Shown piece by piece: positions 1-12,899 of a stretch of 64,000 nt of DNA. The stretch covers positions 27,404,001-27,468,000 of the forward strand of contig OZ249437.1 in the NCBI GenBank assembly GCA_965235115.1, in the 5' to 3' direction. Position numbers and translations under genes: made by a program. This DNA comes from Laetmonice hystrix. Lineage: Eukaryota. A model generated the notes under the pieces. It had not been told where the DNA came from. It did no database searches and saw nothing but the letters and a program-made list of their open reading frames with translations. Position 1 is the first letter of the stretch, and the number at the start of each line of letters is the position of its first letter.

Positions 1-3000
1 AGGACGTCTGTCACAGTCATACAGAGGCAAAGTCGATCCTGCGTTATTTATTCGTTCAGTGTACTGTAATCTAAAAAAACATGTTTTGTAATTATTCATG
101 TAATATTGTGAGAAATACGTGTTTCTAACAAGGGCGAACACGGTAGATTTTGAACAGATATACCGGATATAAAAATTGATAAAGGCATTTCCTCCCCTTT
201 TTGAGAGGCAGACTTGGATGATGTCAGCGGAGGCCATCCATGAATGATTGCCACACAGAGCAAATGTCGTTCATCCAGTGCCCTTTAAGAACCATAGAGT
301 ACTGAGTTTGAACGTGAACAAACTCGATAACATCTCATTTGAAACACACCTAAAGGTTTCAGATGACGTTGGTCTGGTCCAGGCACCAGCCGGTGAGCCT
401 GGCGGTATTACCGTGGATTTCCTGAGAAAAGCCTCCAGCCCGGTCCTCCCTTGGCCTGCCGCCGGTGTGGTCAGTCCCGACAGACTGTGAATGGGCGCCC
501 GATAAAATGGTCCACGCCTCACTGAGCGCGTTATAAAATCCCGACCGCTGAGGTCTCGGGCCAAGACGGTCAGCGCCTGGCTTGCTGATTGGACGGGTAG
601 ACGTATGGGTTTGGACTGAGGGTCGTAACGGTAACCACCTCCGTTAGGAGATTGTGGTCCTCAGCGGGCAGAATGTGGGCAGGCAGTTCCATACATCAAA
701 ACCAGCACCAAGTCTGCCAATAATAATGTCGCAAATAATATACTCAAAGACAGGGGAATTAACTTATATGGTCGAGATCATTAGTTTACAGTCTTCTCAA
801 AACTTTTGCCAGCCCTCCAACTTTGTCAAAACGCCCGGGTTATAACGATCATCTGGTGCACACCGGTGGAAGGATCTACTGTGATGATGTTAGAAAATTA
901 GACGTATTGAACGACAGAAGTTTGATTAAATGTGAAAATAGCCTTTCACACATAAATCTCTCATTAACATGACTGGGAATTAACGATTTAGATCATGTGA
1001 ATGATATCTGGAATACATGTGAATTTCATTTATTTCGGGAAGAACATAAACTACAGACATACAGATAACTAGAGTTTTACCGTGTGAAAGGCTGGTAGTT
1101 TCTAACTTTATTGACGGCAATGATGGTGACTGGGGCCTGGCCGTACCAGACGGATCAGTGGTCAGTCGGCTCACCTGGGGAGGTCATTCATAGTGCCGCC
1201 AGGTGTCCAGCACTCGGCTCAGTCCAGCTGTGGTATGGAGTCATTAACTCAGGCATGTCGCACGGTATAACTACCATACCATACCTCTAACCTAGATACA
1301 GGCTCCTCATTTAATGAGAGAATGAGATTCCAGTCATTCCTGCAACCATCATGTTAGAAAACTCAGGCGATGAATATGTGAGAGGTATTCTTATTCAAGT
1401 GAGATGAGTCCTAGGGGGTGTTTTAATAAGCGCGTCGGACCGTCCTACCGGCGATCGGACCAAAAATTGCAGGCGCTACAACTAAAGCTGTGAACACATG
1501 TAGCGTTTTTGCGGCAACGGCAAAGATAATGCGGCAATGCGGCAGCGGCCAAAAAAATCGCCAAAATGAAATCCAGTGAATGTGTATACACATGCGTACG
1601 GTCACGGCATTACGACTATCCGACTATTTGCCTGGTAGATAGTCGGATAGTCGTATTGCCGTTACCGTACGCATGTGTACACATTCACTGGATTTCATTT
1701 TGGCGATTTTTTTTTGGCCGCTGCCGCATTGCCGCATTATCGTTGCCGTTGCCGCAAAAACGCTACATGTGTTCACAGCTTTAGCGACAGACTGCCCGTC
1801 GCCAGTCGGACAGTCCGACGTACTTATTGAAACACCCTCCTGATCAATCACTGTTCGTAGTTTGTATAAATGGTATGAAATAACCATAAGTTATTAGTAA
1901 TAATAAACTGTCTTGGCTACATGGAATTAATATAGACAACGTGTTTATGCACCAATACAGCTGTGCGGCTTCCACGGCTGAAACCAGCTGTTATGAATTT
2001 TATATAATTTAGAATGTCTGGTATTACTCAATATGGTTGACTCTTAGAAGTAGGCGATGTTCCATATTTTATAAGTAAAAACTCAAAGCTTTGAATGGTT
2101 CATATTTGGTCGGTATTGGGAGAATACAAAATGTGAACAGTCAGAAATTGTAGTCGGATACAACTACTAACGGTGTCGTGTCAAACCTTGTTTATCAAAT
2201 CACCGTGTTAAAAGTGGCATGTATACAGGAACTAAAGTCAGTGCGCTGCTCCAGAGTCAGATGATAAAACTTCCACAAAGGGAAAGTTAAGGAGATCGAC
2301 TGAAGGAGAAATTGTAAGGGAGGAAGAGGACTGTCTGGTCCGTCGTATCCAGTCTGTTTGAGCGTTCAGAATGGATATGCTTGAACAGGCAGAGTCCTGC
2401 AGTAACGGCCATACGGTGAGGCATGGTACGAGTGATCTGACTCAACAGGCTTTTATTGTCTGTGTAGCATGGTGAAGGTCATATGGTGAGGCGCAAAGGA
2501 ACATGGTGAAGGTCATCTAGTGAAGGTCGACCATGGCATTGCGGAGAGGAGGGAGTTCTAATATAAGAACCCTTTAGACGAGGGGCCGCTCCCGTCCTGT
2601 CTTCTTCCAAGTGGCACATTCACACAGCTTCCTCTGTGACAGCCTTTTGATTAAGGCAGAAACCTCAACAGCGCGTAACCCCAGTCCCTTGGCGGCAAAA
2701 TGGAGACTCCTCAGGAATTAAATCGCTGACACCAAACCACTTACCATGAATAGAATCTCACCAAAATTTAACATTCATTCACTCATTAATACTGGCCCGC
2801 TGTTATTGCCAACTTTAAAAGAACTAGTACCCATGAGACTGTTAACAAAATATGCGGAGGAGTTTCTCGGAACCCGTCTTACTCCGAACGGTGCCGATCG
2901 ATGTGGTAGTGGCTGGGCGGTCAGTGCCTGCCGCCGGTATAGACACTTAGCTCATGTTACCGGCCGGCTGGACACGACTGTCTCATCGCCCACATTCTAT

Positions 3001-5050
3001 CCTTTGTATCCTCCAATGGGCCAGGCAATGGTACCGAGTCGGTAATATGGTGGGGGTCATTTGTCTCAGTTTGTAGGCAGAATGGAAGCAGTAGGAGTGA
3101 AGATTTCATCATGTCCTTACTTGTTCCGCTATTCCTTACTTGTTCCGCTATTTGAGCGCAGTGTGGAGTGTATAAGAAGTGGTCAGTGTGGTTTATGGCA
3201 TCAGAGTTGGCAGCTGGCGGTTCGTAAACTGGTCCCAGTGCCATAACTTTGCATTGCTCATTCAATACTGCATATTCAAGTTATAATAGAGAAACAGTTA
3301 CAGATTTTGGTAGGATATATCTGAAGGCGGTATTTACATAATGTGAGGACGGACCTATAAAAATCTGACCCTTATGTGTCTGAACCTGATACCTGAAGCT
3401 GGACTGTTAACACGAGAAGTGTCCCCTCCCTCTAGACCAGCGAAGTGCAGTGATAAAGAAATCAAGGCGGGTCGTATTGGAGGGTAGAAGAGAAAGCGAG
3501 AGTCTAGAGTGACTGTAGAGTCTATCAACCAGGAGGAGTGAGACATTTTCTGGTCCAGCCTAGATTATTGATTACAGTAGATAGCAGTAAGATCCATTGT
3601 GAGTGGAGCTGACTGTCATGTGGGCCGTCTCTAGCACCTCAATGCATGCCTTCTTACCTCATTGATTGCACCCCAAAATGAACTAATTTAATCACCTGAG
3701 AGGGTGGCTGGCTGATGGTGGCGTGGGAAGTCTGACATTGGCACAGCCAGGCGTCGAATCCGGAGGAGTTCCTACCAAGCTTCGTGTACGGGACCAGTCA
3801 AAGGAGGCGATGATTGAATTCCATGGCCCTACCAACCACGATTGATGGTCATATAAAGAGATTAGACGTTTGGCTGGGGGAAAATAAAATCTTGTTGGTT
3901 TAGTTGTTGAATTGTCAGATATGGAGAGATTTCTTTTATCAGCTGTCTTCTTAGATGAGCTTCGACGAGAAGTCGTTCATGTTTATGTGCCATTGGTTCG
4001 GCATTGCTGTAGAAACTGGTCTGTTTGTATCTGATATTATTAGTGTGCCGTGTGCCTCTGTATCAAATATAGTGATTCTAGAGAACAATCCATTACAAGA
4101 AGAAAATGTACACGTTTATCTTACAGACCCAGCCTTCATTTAACGGTCGGTACCATCGGAATTAACAGTGAAATTTGGTTATCTCGCAATTTTTGGTTGG
4201 GGATGCGAGCTCGGAGTATTTTTGCCACCGTTTCTACTCGGGCTTGCGAGCTGGGCATGTTTCTCCTTCGCAAGATTTGCCTAGAGAGAACCAGGGGAAG
4301 CAGATCAGTAACGAAGTTGATAAAGTATAATTGCATTGTGCTCACTCTACGGGTGACTATTCTGATCAAATAATAATCTAGAAGATTTTCACTGATCTGA
4401 TCCACGGTATGGATACCTCAGCCCGTTACCGGTTCCAGAGAATAACATTTGTTTGATATCTTTTCGACTTTGGCCTTGTTCAGACAGATCGTGTGTATTC
4501 TGTACAGTGTGCAGAGTAGGGATGTGTGGATCCATAGAAGGTTATGAGTGGGAGGGTTGGTGGGGGGGGGGGGGGGGGGGGCAAAGGTTATATCCAGTCA
4601 GAGTCTCCAGTTGATGTAGAGGACGGAGGAAGTAGACTCTGTGCTGTTAACAAGCCTGCACATCAGGCTGTGATGTCAAATCCGAGGTTGTTGGTAGTCC
4701 GAAAATTCCTCAAAGGTTATTACATTATGGTGATTAAAGGCTGGTTTCCTGCTCTGCCGATGAGTAGTTTCAACTGCTGGATGGTTCTGTTTCCCTGCCC
4801 GCAGTCCCACGTCACCATGAAAGGATGCTGGGAAGAGAAGCCGCTTGTTATACGTAGAATCTTTAGAACCTTTAGCAGGGAAGAGCTTTACCGGCAGAGG
4901 CCCCACATGAGAGGAACCCCTCATAGCACCGTGGGAAGTGCCAGGCTTGTTAACGAACCACGAATGAAACATGTGAGGTTATAGATCTATACTTCATACA
5001 GAACCGTCATGTATGTACGCGATTCGTGTGAGGGTTCTTCTTTTAGATCC
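1..5050 (-). mobile_element. Degenerate, near full-length L2/Daphne-Crack-like LINE (ORF1 + APE endonuclease + RT relics), interrupted by a palindromic MITE
   Basis: Manual minus-strand translation gives LINE motifs in the right order despite stops and frameshifts. ORF1-like VETTHR..ITFEEFSD (~4750); EN EGW ~ ETW (~4135), FYFPP ~ YxPP (~3880), AMEFNHR ~ GDFNAR (~3830), TTRLDFFI ~ xIDY (~3470). RT AGFSRGSRT ~ QAGFRKGxST (~1975), EYLSHI..SFL ~ GENLSP.LF (~1380), AGLSRVLDTW ~ GLQxxLD (~1210); C-terminal LFTFKLS..GTG ~ FRLSxHxLxIETGR (~300). Family assignment is inference. Confidence 0.55.
1414..1840. mobile_element. Palindromic MITE / foldback element (~427 bp)
   Basis: Directly visible: inner arms 1482-1627 and 1639-1784 are near-perfect reverse complements with an 11-nt loop. 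Outer ends GGGGGTGTTTTAATAAG / CTTATTGAAACACCC also pair. It splits the RT relic of the surrounding LINE. Confidence 0.85.
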
Positions 5051-6091
5051 CTATGTACAACTCCGAAATTCAAGTTTCAAATAACCGAGAAAATGCCATT
5101 TGTAACATGTCAGGCCAGGCCTTCATAGGCATGGCCACTTTTACCTGAATGAAGTGAAACATTTTAAAAAGTGCCTGACAGCAAAGTACAATTTAGTATA
5201 TTATAAAAGAAATGCGCGTTGTAATCTTATTATAAATTCCCTTTTCTTGTGCGCCTCTCTCCATCCGTCGTCTCCATGTCACTTTGATCTTCAGCCTGTC
5301 GTACATGAACTTTTGTGACATTTTCATTTACCTTAAGTTCATTTGATCTCATGTTTTATATGAAAGAATATTTCATTGTATACAAGTCAGCTGTATATTT
5401 GATGACAACTGAACATCAAGTGTTAATCTATGTCATATACTGTGGTCTATCCAGTTAACCCTAAGAGGACATTGGAAATACGTTGACTAGTTGGACATCC
5501 ATCCGTGGCTGGTAACAGGTCCCAGACAGCCTACTCAACACTCAACACGGGAACACCTCTGGATGGTCCTGATTGCATCCAAACGTCCACAGAAACCTCG
5601 AATGAATTATACCAAAATAATAATCAACTTTGTGTGTGTGTGTTCATGTTGCAGTTGTGACTTTCTGGTGTTTTTTTTACCACTGCCAAATATGGACTCA
5701 GGCCGGGTAGGGCCAGGGGAATGTCTCTCTGATAAACGACTGCTGGGAAATGTAAACTGAACAGCCGGCTGGTAATGAAGTGGTTTATTTTTGTCATTGT
5801 GGACTAGTATCTATAGAGATTATACATGCTGAGCGTGGGTTATGGATTGCGGAAACAATGCTGGCCCTCTTGGAAATACTGGAAAAAGTAACGTTGCTGT
5901 AGTACCGTACATAGTCAAGTAAATAAATCTTGGTAAAAATTACACAGATAACTTTTTATCAGTCCCTTATGCTGGTTGTCTGTTCACCCTGCCTGGTGGA
6001 CTTGAATTATGTTTTTACATTCATTGAGTCCGTAAAAATGTTCTATTTAGGTTATATGTACGATAAAATAGAGCCATTCTCACTGCTGGCA

Positions 6092-6404
6092 TTTATCTTG
6101 GGAGTCAGACATTATCTGAGGTAGAGTTTATCCTGGGAGTCAGACATTATCTGAGGTAGAGTTTATCCTGGGAGTCAGACATTATCTGAGGTAGAGTTTA
6201 TCCTGGGAGTCAGACATTATCTGAGGTAGAGTTTATCCTGGGAGTCAGACATTATCTGAGGTAGAGTTTATCCTGGGAGTCAGACATTATCTGAGGTAGA
6301 GTTTATCCTGGGAGTCAGACATTATCTGAGGTAGAGTTTATCCTGGGAGTCAGACATTATCTGAGGTAGAGTTTATCCTGGGAGTCAGACATTATCTGAG
6401 GTAG
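6092..6404. repeat. Tandem array, 35-bp unit, ~9 copies
   Basis: Unit GAGTTTATCCTGGGAGTCAGACATTATCTGAGGTA repeated almost without variation. Confidence 0.97.
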
Positions 6405-7242
6405 CGTCTCACAAAGATGATTCTCGGTTTCAAAAACAGGTACATAGCAGAAAAAGCCATCGTAGTAGAAATATGATTTTATCAAAGTTATTAGTTTATA
6501 GAATAGCAACATTTTATGTACCGCGGTCGTTTTAAAATTGATTAGCAGCGCGGGAGCCCGCCTGTCAATTAAAGCCATTATTATACGATGTTTCTTATAT
6601 TTCTTACATACCATAGTTTGAAGGCGGGAGAGGCGAACTCGTTTAACGATATTTCTTACATAACATATAGATTGACGGCGGGGAAGGGTAAATGGTAAGT
6701 GCACTCGTTATTGAACGAGCGGACGCCCATCCGCTTTACGTGAACGATATTGTTATTCACGATAAGTTTTATATCGAGGGCCAGGCAGCAGTGGCGGCGA
6801 TGATCTCTAAACGATACTTAGAACGGCCATTGTACAGGAGAAATGTCGTGCTTGGCCATGTAAGCTGAGGTTAACAGACAAACGTAACAAGGCCGTGATC
6901 TGACTGTAATGCTCTAACCCTTCCCGACCACCCATCAAGGTAAGATTGCCTAGCCGGCAGTCAGCTGGTCACGGCGGGGTGGTGAATGCATCACTTTGTG
7001 TGTAGAAGAAACCAACGCCCCGACTGGCTCTCCTTAATCTGAACACCGCCTCCTCCTATCGTTCTCACAAAGTCTGCCTCCCACGTACGGCCCTAATCTG
7101 ACGGCTGATTCTTTGGTAAATACCGGCATCTGTAACCAGAATGATAGCGGGCAAAATGTCGCCCTGGAGGTCTTTGTTCAGACGCCAGCCAGACCGAAAC
7201 ACTTACCGTAAACGTACAGTAATCAGTCTGTAGAAATCAGTC

Positions 7243-7646
7243 AACATACAGTAAAGGAACAGTTATGGATGGCGATTGGAGAACTCGCGCACACTGACAG
7301 TGAACATACAGTAAAGGAAAGGTTATGGATGGCGATTGGAGAACTCGCACACATGAAACGCACACTGACAGTGAACATACAGTAAAGGAACAGTTATGGA
7401 TGGCGATTGGAGAACTCGCACACATGAAACGCACACTGACAGTGAACATACAGTAAAGGAACAGTTATGGATGGCGATTGGAGAACTCGCACACATGAAA
7501 CGCACACTGACAGTGAACATACAGTAAAGGAAAGGTTATGGATGGCGATTAAAGAACTCACACACATGAAACGCACACTGACAGTGAACATACAGTAAAG
7601 GGAAGGTTATGGATGGCGATTAGAGAACTCGCACACATGAAACGCA
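7243..7646. repeat. Tandem array, 71-bp unit, ~5.7 copies (first copy 60 bp)
   Basis: Unit AACATACAGTAAAGGAACAGTTATGGATGGCGATTGGAGAACTCGCACACATGAAACGCACACTGACAGTG; starts at 7243, 7303, 7374 and so on. Confidence 0.97.
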
Positions 7647-8948
7647 AACCAACTCCTTGGGATTAGGAAGTATGCACTTTAAACACTGTGATGGCGATTC
7701 ATGTAGAATTAAAGAACACTCACACAAATTGGGCAGTGCCAGATAATTGGTATAGATTAGGGCAGAATTTGCCCATCACTAATGCCATGAATCCCACCAA
7801 GCTTTGGTAATGTGTGGCTGAATGAAATGTTGATCATTAGTCATTTCATCCGCGAAGAGCAAATAGGTCCACTGGCAGCCACAACCTTCACTCCTTCCCG
7901 TCCTTTAACTCTAAGTGGTTGAAATTGGAACCAAAGATTTCCCACCAAAGAAATTTTTATTTGGCAGTCATTATGGCATTAATCAATGAATCATTTGAAG
8001 GTACTGTATTGTATGGAAGGCCGGTTAAACGGCCGGGCACGTCACTTGGACTGGCGCCCTCTCTCTGCCTCTTCCGTATCGACGAAACCTTTTAGTGCTA
8101 GGCAGTTGTATGGAACATTGAAGAATCGGATTTTTCATCTGTAAAGATCTATTTATCATAGGGGAGAAATATTTTATGAAAACTGCATGGAAAATATATT
8201 TGTTTCGCAAGTTTCAAGTTCCAAATAAAAAGGGTTGCCGTCGCTATTAACACTAGAATCTATATACATTGTATCATGGAGATTGATGCCAAATTATTGC
8301 CGCAAAGAGTGGATTTTGCTGCAGACAAGCCGAAGAGGCATGTAGGATCGATTTTGAGAGGTGTGACAATGAGCAAACAGATAGTTTTGAGATTAGAGAT
8401 ATACACAAATGTACTGTTAAGCTCGGTGATCCCTTAAAATCTGTTTATACTTTAGAGGGACACGGTGAGGGTTGAATTGATACGTACTGGATACTCTGAC
8501 CGTATACCTTAAAGATATAACCTTTATCGGGATTGTTTAACCTATAATTTTTTATATGGGAATAGTCCTGTAACTACCACAAATATATATTGATAAGTTT
8601 GTTTCTGCCGTGCCGAATGCCATATGAGATGAGTGATGATACCCACAAGGCACTCGGACACCACACACATTTTACCTGGCCAGTTTTCCCGCCCTATTCC
8701 CAGTCCGAACACGGTACGACTGCCAGTGGCAACCGGCTGATTCTCCCACCGGGTCCAGCTTGATTCTCCCACCGGACCCAGGATTTGCTCATCAAGGGCG
8801 GGGACCACGTGTCCCGGCCAGAACGACACTGTGTGCTGCTGACCATCCATCAAAGCAGGCCGGCCCAGTTGTTGTCACATGACCGATGAGGCAAATACAT
8901 CCACTTGACGCCAGTTTCTGCAGGCTTCCAGAGCTAGATGGCTCCCAT

Positions 8949-9167
8949 GATATTATATCACAGGTACACTTGATATGATATCACAGGTATACTTGATATT
9001 ACATGTATATCACAGGTATACTTGATATGATATCACAGGTATACTTGATATGATATCACAGGTATACTTGATATGATATCACAGGTATACTTGATATTAT
9101 ATCACAGGTATACTTGATATGATATCACGCGTATACTTGATATTATATCACAGGTATACTTGATATA
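8949..9167. repeat. Tandem array, 23-bp near-palindromic unit, ~9 copies
   Basis: Unit ATATCACAGGTATACTTGATATG; ATATCA/TGATAT arms flank a GTATAC centre. Confidence 0.95.
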
Positions 9168-11046
9168 AACATTCTGCATATAACATGGGACAATTACTGG
9201 CCATACTGAGTATGTGGCATGTGTCGATGGCAAATAGAATTTTATAGAAGATTTACTTTTCATGGAAAAACCATCTGGGTTAAACTGTTCGTGATATTTT
9301 CTCTCACGATGCCCGAGACGTTACCGATTTACCGGTGCAGTGAAGTATGATATTACGTCCTTGGAAAAACACGGCCTTTGTTTTTCTATTGATTTGATCG
9401 ATCAATTAGGGACCGTCTGCCATTCCTTTCAGCAAGAAACCAGAAATGGATATTAAAATATCCTTAGTGCAATATTCTGTTATGCCGATCAGGATTCAGT
9501 GTGACTAGTGACGTACGTGTGGCACGTTGGAAGGATTGATATGGGATTTTATCAGGTATTTTATCAGTGCATGTCAATTTTAAGAATAACTAAGAGGAAG
9601 TGGAAGGTTAATCAATGGGATAGTCACTCTCACCACTTCTGTTCAATACTCATTATATAAACAGTTTACGTAAAGTTGCAATGAATAATTGATTGTATTT
9701 CTCCGTGTTTTTGCAGGCGGTCATGACTCTTCCATTTATCTCGTGGCATGGTGATCGGTCACGTAGTTCATCACTAAAAGCTTGCTGCTCTTTCCTAGAG
9801 TGATATCTTTGTTTGGAGATAGATATATAAAACAAAGTTAGTCAAGGCCGAACAAAATATGTTATCTGGAGACTAATAGCTATGGTATCAGACAACATTT
9901 TTCATATACCCCCCGGTACAGGTCATCGGGGACTTATTACAAATAAGGTCACGTGATGCTCAAACAAGGTCACTGGAGGCTTCTCTGAAAGTAGAGGTTA
10001 CCAGAGGTGCTTTTTGTTCCAGGTCAGTGAAGAGTTCGGCGTTAGGCGGCCAATCATTCACGGAGACCGGTAAAATTTACACTACCGTGTCCACTGAAGA
10101 ATACCAAGGAGGACAGTTAGACCTTTTTAAAATCAGTGGTTAACATTGTTCCTATTGAACGTTCCCATGCATTCATATAAGAAAGAGATGACTGAGTGGC
10201 TAAATAATGTTCCATATATTTTAAGATGTTACTAACCAAAACCATCTAGGGATCATTGATGTAGCCTACATTATGGTTTAGTGGGACACTAATTACAAAA
10301 CAACGTTATACTTGTATCTGCGGGTACTCATCATGCTTGGGGACAGTGGTGACCCCCACCCCCCCCCCCCCACCCCCCCACGCCCCCCCCCCCCCACACA
10401 CACACCGAGAATCATTAAAACTTGCTTATCAAGGATGGTCGGCAAGTGTGGAAGCTGTGAGGAAGCATACTAGAGACCATTTCAGAGATTGACAAAAAAA
10501 GACAGAGATTTGACCGATTGAAGTCGGGTTGGGAGTTCACGGCGGGTCTAATTCCACTAGTGTAAGCGCAGCATTGATTGATATTGACATAATGTCATGA
10601 ATAAATAAGTATTATGACAGGATGAATATGGCCGGTTGGCGCACGTGGTGGTTTCACCACGCCATCTGGGGGACGTTATCGGTGGGCGTCTGTGCCGTGA
10701 GGTAACCACGTTAAGAGGAGCCTCTGCCGGAGGGAGGTTATCGGCGTGTCGCATACCTCCACCTACTGACACAGTCGATAACCAGCGCTGGCCAGTCCTG
10801 ATGCTCAATGCGTGTAACCAGATTACAAAAACGGAAAGAATCTGCCTCCATAGCGCAACCTTTGCTGAACTATTCGCAATGAAAGGAGATTAAAGGGTTG
10901 GAATTACCGTGCGCGCAGGTGGGCCTGACATGACAGCTTTTGCTGTAATCAGTAACTTAATGGACACCTGGGACGGAGAAGTAACTCGATCTCCTTTCGA
11001 GGAGTTCAGGCCAGGTATCATCATGACAAGGTAGTTAAGGTATGTC

Positions 11047-11060
11047 CCACCAGGGGGCAG
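11047..11060 (+). promoter_or_regulatory. CTCF-like motif
   Basis: CCACCAGGGGGCAG matches the bilaterian CTCF core consensus. Binding is not demonstrated. Confidence 0.4.
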
Positions 11061-11645
11061 GATAATTCCGTCAGAAAGCAGGGAGGATATGACGCGGAAT
11101 GCGCTTTATCATTTCAACAAGTTATTATGGGATATTTTTACAAATAACATAAACTGGATGAATGTAAGAATTGTTATGTCCGCTGAAAAGTGTCATATTC
11201 CTCTTTTTGTCTTGGACTTGAGTTTCCTACTTATTCCCATTTGTGGGGTAAGATCTATTGGGTAAGAATATGAAAGTAGAAATTTCCTCAAACTTGGAAG
11301 CGGCAGAACATATACGTATACCTCTTATCTATATTGGTTAGAATTTTTACATAAAATTCTTATGTTCAAAGGTCACAGAAAATCAGACCAGTCTACAGTA
11401 GATTCTACGACTTTCTTTCCTTGACTTGTTTTGCCTAAATGTGTACCGTATGATGTGTGTAATGAGGGAGCATTGTCTGGGTTCACCTTATCACACGTAT
11501 TCATAGGCGGCGCGGGTTTTCTTGACTTTTGTCACCAGAGTGGGGTTCCTCCGATAATATTGTTCCCCTGAGTCCTGACCTTGTGCTACGGGGAGTTAGA
11601 ACCCCCTTTGTTCCCATGACCCCAGTCCCCGACTGTTGTGTAACC

Positions 11646-12271
11646 ATGAGTAACGTTGGTGTTCCAGACTCGCGGCGGGCCCTGGAGCTGCTGGAGAAGC
11701 TGCAAGAGAAGCTCCACAATGGCGACGACCCGTGCCAGGGTGACGACCTGGCCGCCCTCATCTACATGCTCGACTCGCCCCTCTTCTCACAGCTACTCCA
11801 CCTGCAGGACGCCATCCAGCACCTCAAACAGGTCCACCAGGACCGACCGCTCGGCACACAAGACTATGATTTCGACGGCACCTCGGGCGAGCTCCTCCTC
11901 CACCCACACCCACAGGAGGACGGCTGGGACACGTCCGGACCGACGGTCCTCTACACTAAACCTCCGCCGGTCCTTGACACACCCAGCCCGGACAGTACGC
12001 TGGAGACCTCCGGCAGCTCCCCAGACATGGTGGAGCATGCCGAGCTTGCTGCCACCCTGGCAGCAGATATATCTCCGGATGAGGTGAGGGAAACGCCTGA
12101 CCTCCAGCAATGTGTTGAACGTATGTCCCAGGGGAGACAAGTGGAAACGATTCAGCTCTACAAGGCAGAGAACAGTAGTCTGGGCTTCAGTGTGGTGGGA
12201 CTCCGCTCAGAACATCGGGGAGAGCTTGGGATCTTCGTGCAGGAAATTCAACCCGGGGGAATCGCTGCAAG
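11646..12271 (+). CDS. MPDZ/PATJ: First coding exon of a multiple-PDZ-domain protein (MPDZ/MUPP1-PATJ/InaD-like family): L27 domain, linker, N-terminal half of PDZ1
   Basis: RRALELLEKLQEKL...LDSPLFSQLLHLQDAIQHLKQ matches the MPDZ/PATJ L27 domain. GRQVETIQLYK...LGFSVVGLRSEHRGELGIFVQEIQPGGIAAR is close to MPDZ PDZ1 (GRHVE..LGFSVVGLRSENRGELGIFVQEIQ). ATG at 11646 is in accATG context; a weaker in-frame ATG lies at 11616. The exon ends AG|GTGAGT, phase 2; a candidate acceptor ttttgtcaccAG ends at 11538. Confidence 0.95.
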
Positions 12272-12899
12272 GTGAGTCACGTTTTGACAGTCATCAAATC
12301 CACAGCCTGACCCTGGGGATTTCTTTCAAACAAATGGTATAAATGGTCCTGAAAATATGCATAATAAAGTTTGCCTGAGGAACATCTTTAAGTTAACATT
12401 CCACAACTTAATGGAAACATGCTTAAGAGGAAAAAAGTTCTTTGAAGGTTATTTCTGGAAGGTCTTGACTCTTCTCAGCGAAGACGGTTTGAAAACAGTG
12501 GTTTAAAAATAAACCAGATACGGAATTAATTTCATGGATTATTTGGTATGATATCGATGCTATGGCTGTGGCACCAAGGTTGGCTGCTTCTGACAATATA
12601 ATAGGTTCTATATAAAAGGTTAAAGGATTTTTTGTATACAGAAATTTGAATTATATTGAAGTTTTGGAACATGATCCCCTGTCGTGCCAGAGGAGGAAGG
12701 CCCGGTCAATGAACGCTTGACGCACCGGGTGGAGTGTTTGTTCGTTCAGTCGCCACCAGATGTCAGGCTAGGCAGCGAGCCCATACCTGCACTGTAACAC
12801 AGGGAAACGCTCCTGAAATGGTCTCCCTTGTAGTAACTCGAGGTTCGAAAATATATCTCTGTTCCTATCCAACGCATATCATGAAGAATATAATGCTCC

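Larger units (their letters stand above)
6700..9850 (+). mobile_element. Highly degenerate LINE relic (L2-like), interrupted by two tandem arrays
   Basis: Weak motif echoes only: DKFYIEG (ORF1 end-like, ~6760), SFPALF ~ LSPALF (~8685), SAGFQS ~ SxxGLQ (~8920), LPFISWHG ~ LPIExGRW (~9740). Confidence 0.3.

Noticed and set aside
11529-11645. N-terminal extension of MPDZ/PATJ given by the ORF track
   Set aside because: It starts at a TTG that straddles the likely acceptor region; homology begins just after the ATG at 11646. ATG 11616 is not excluded.
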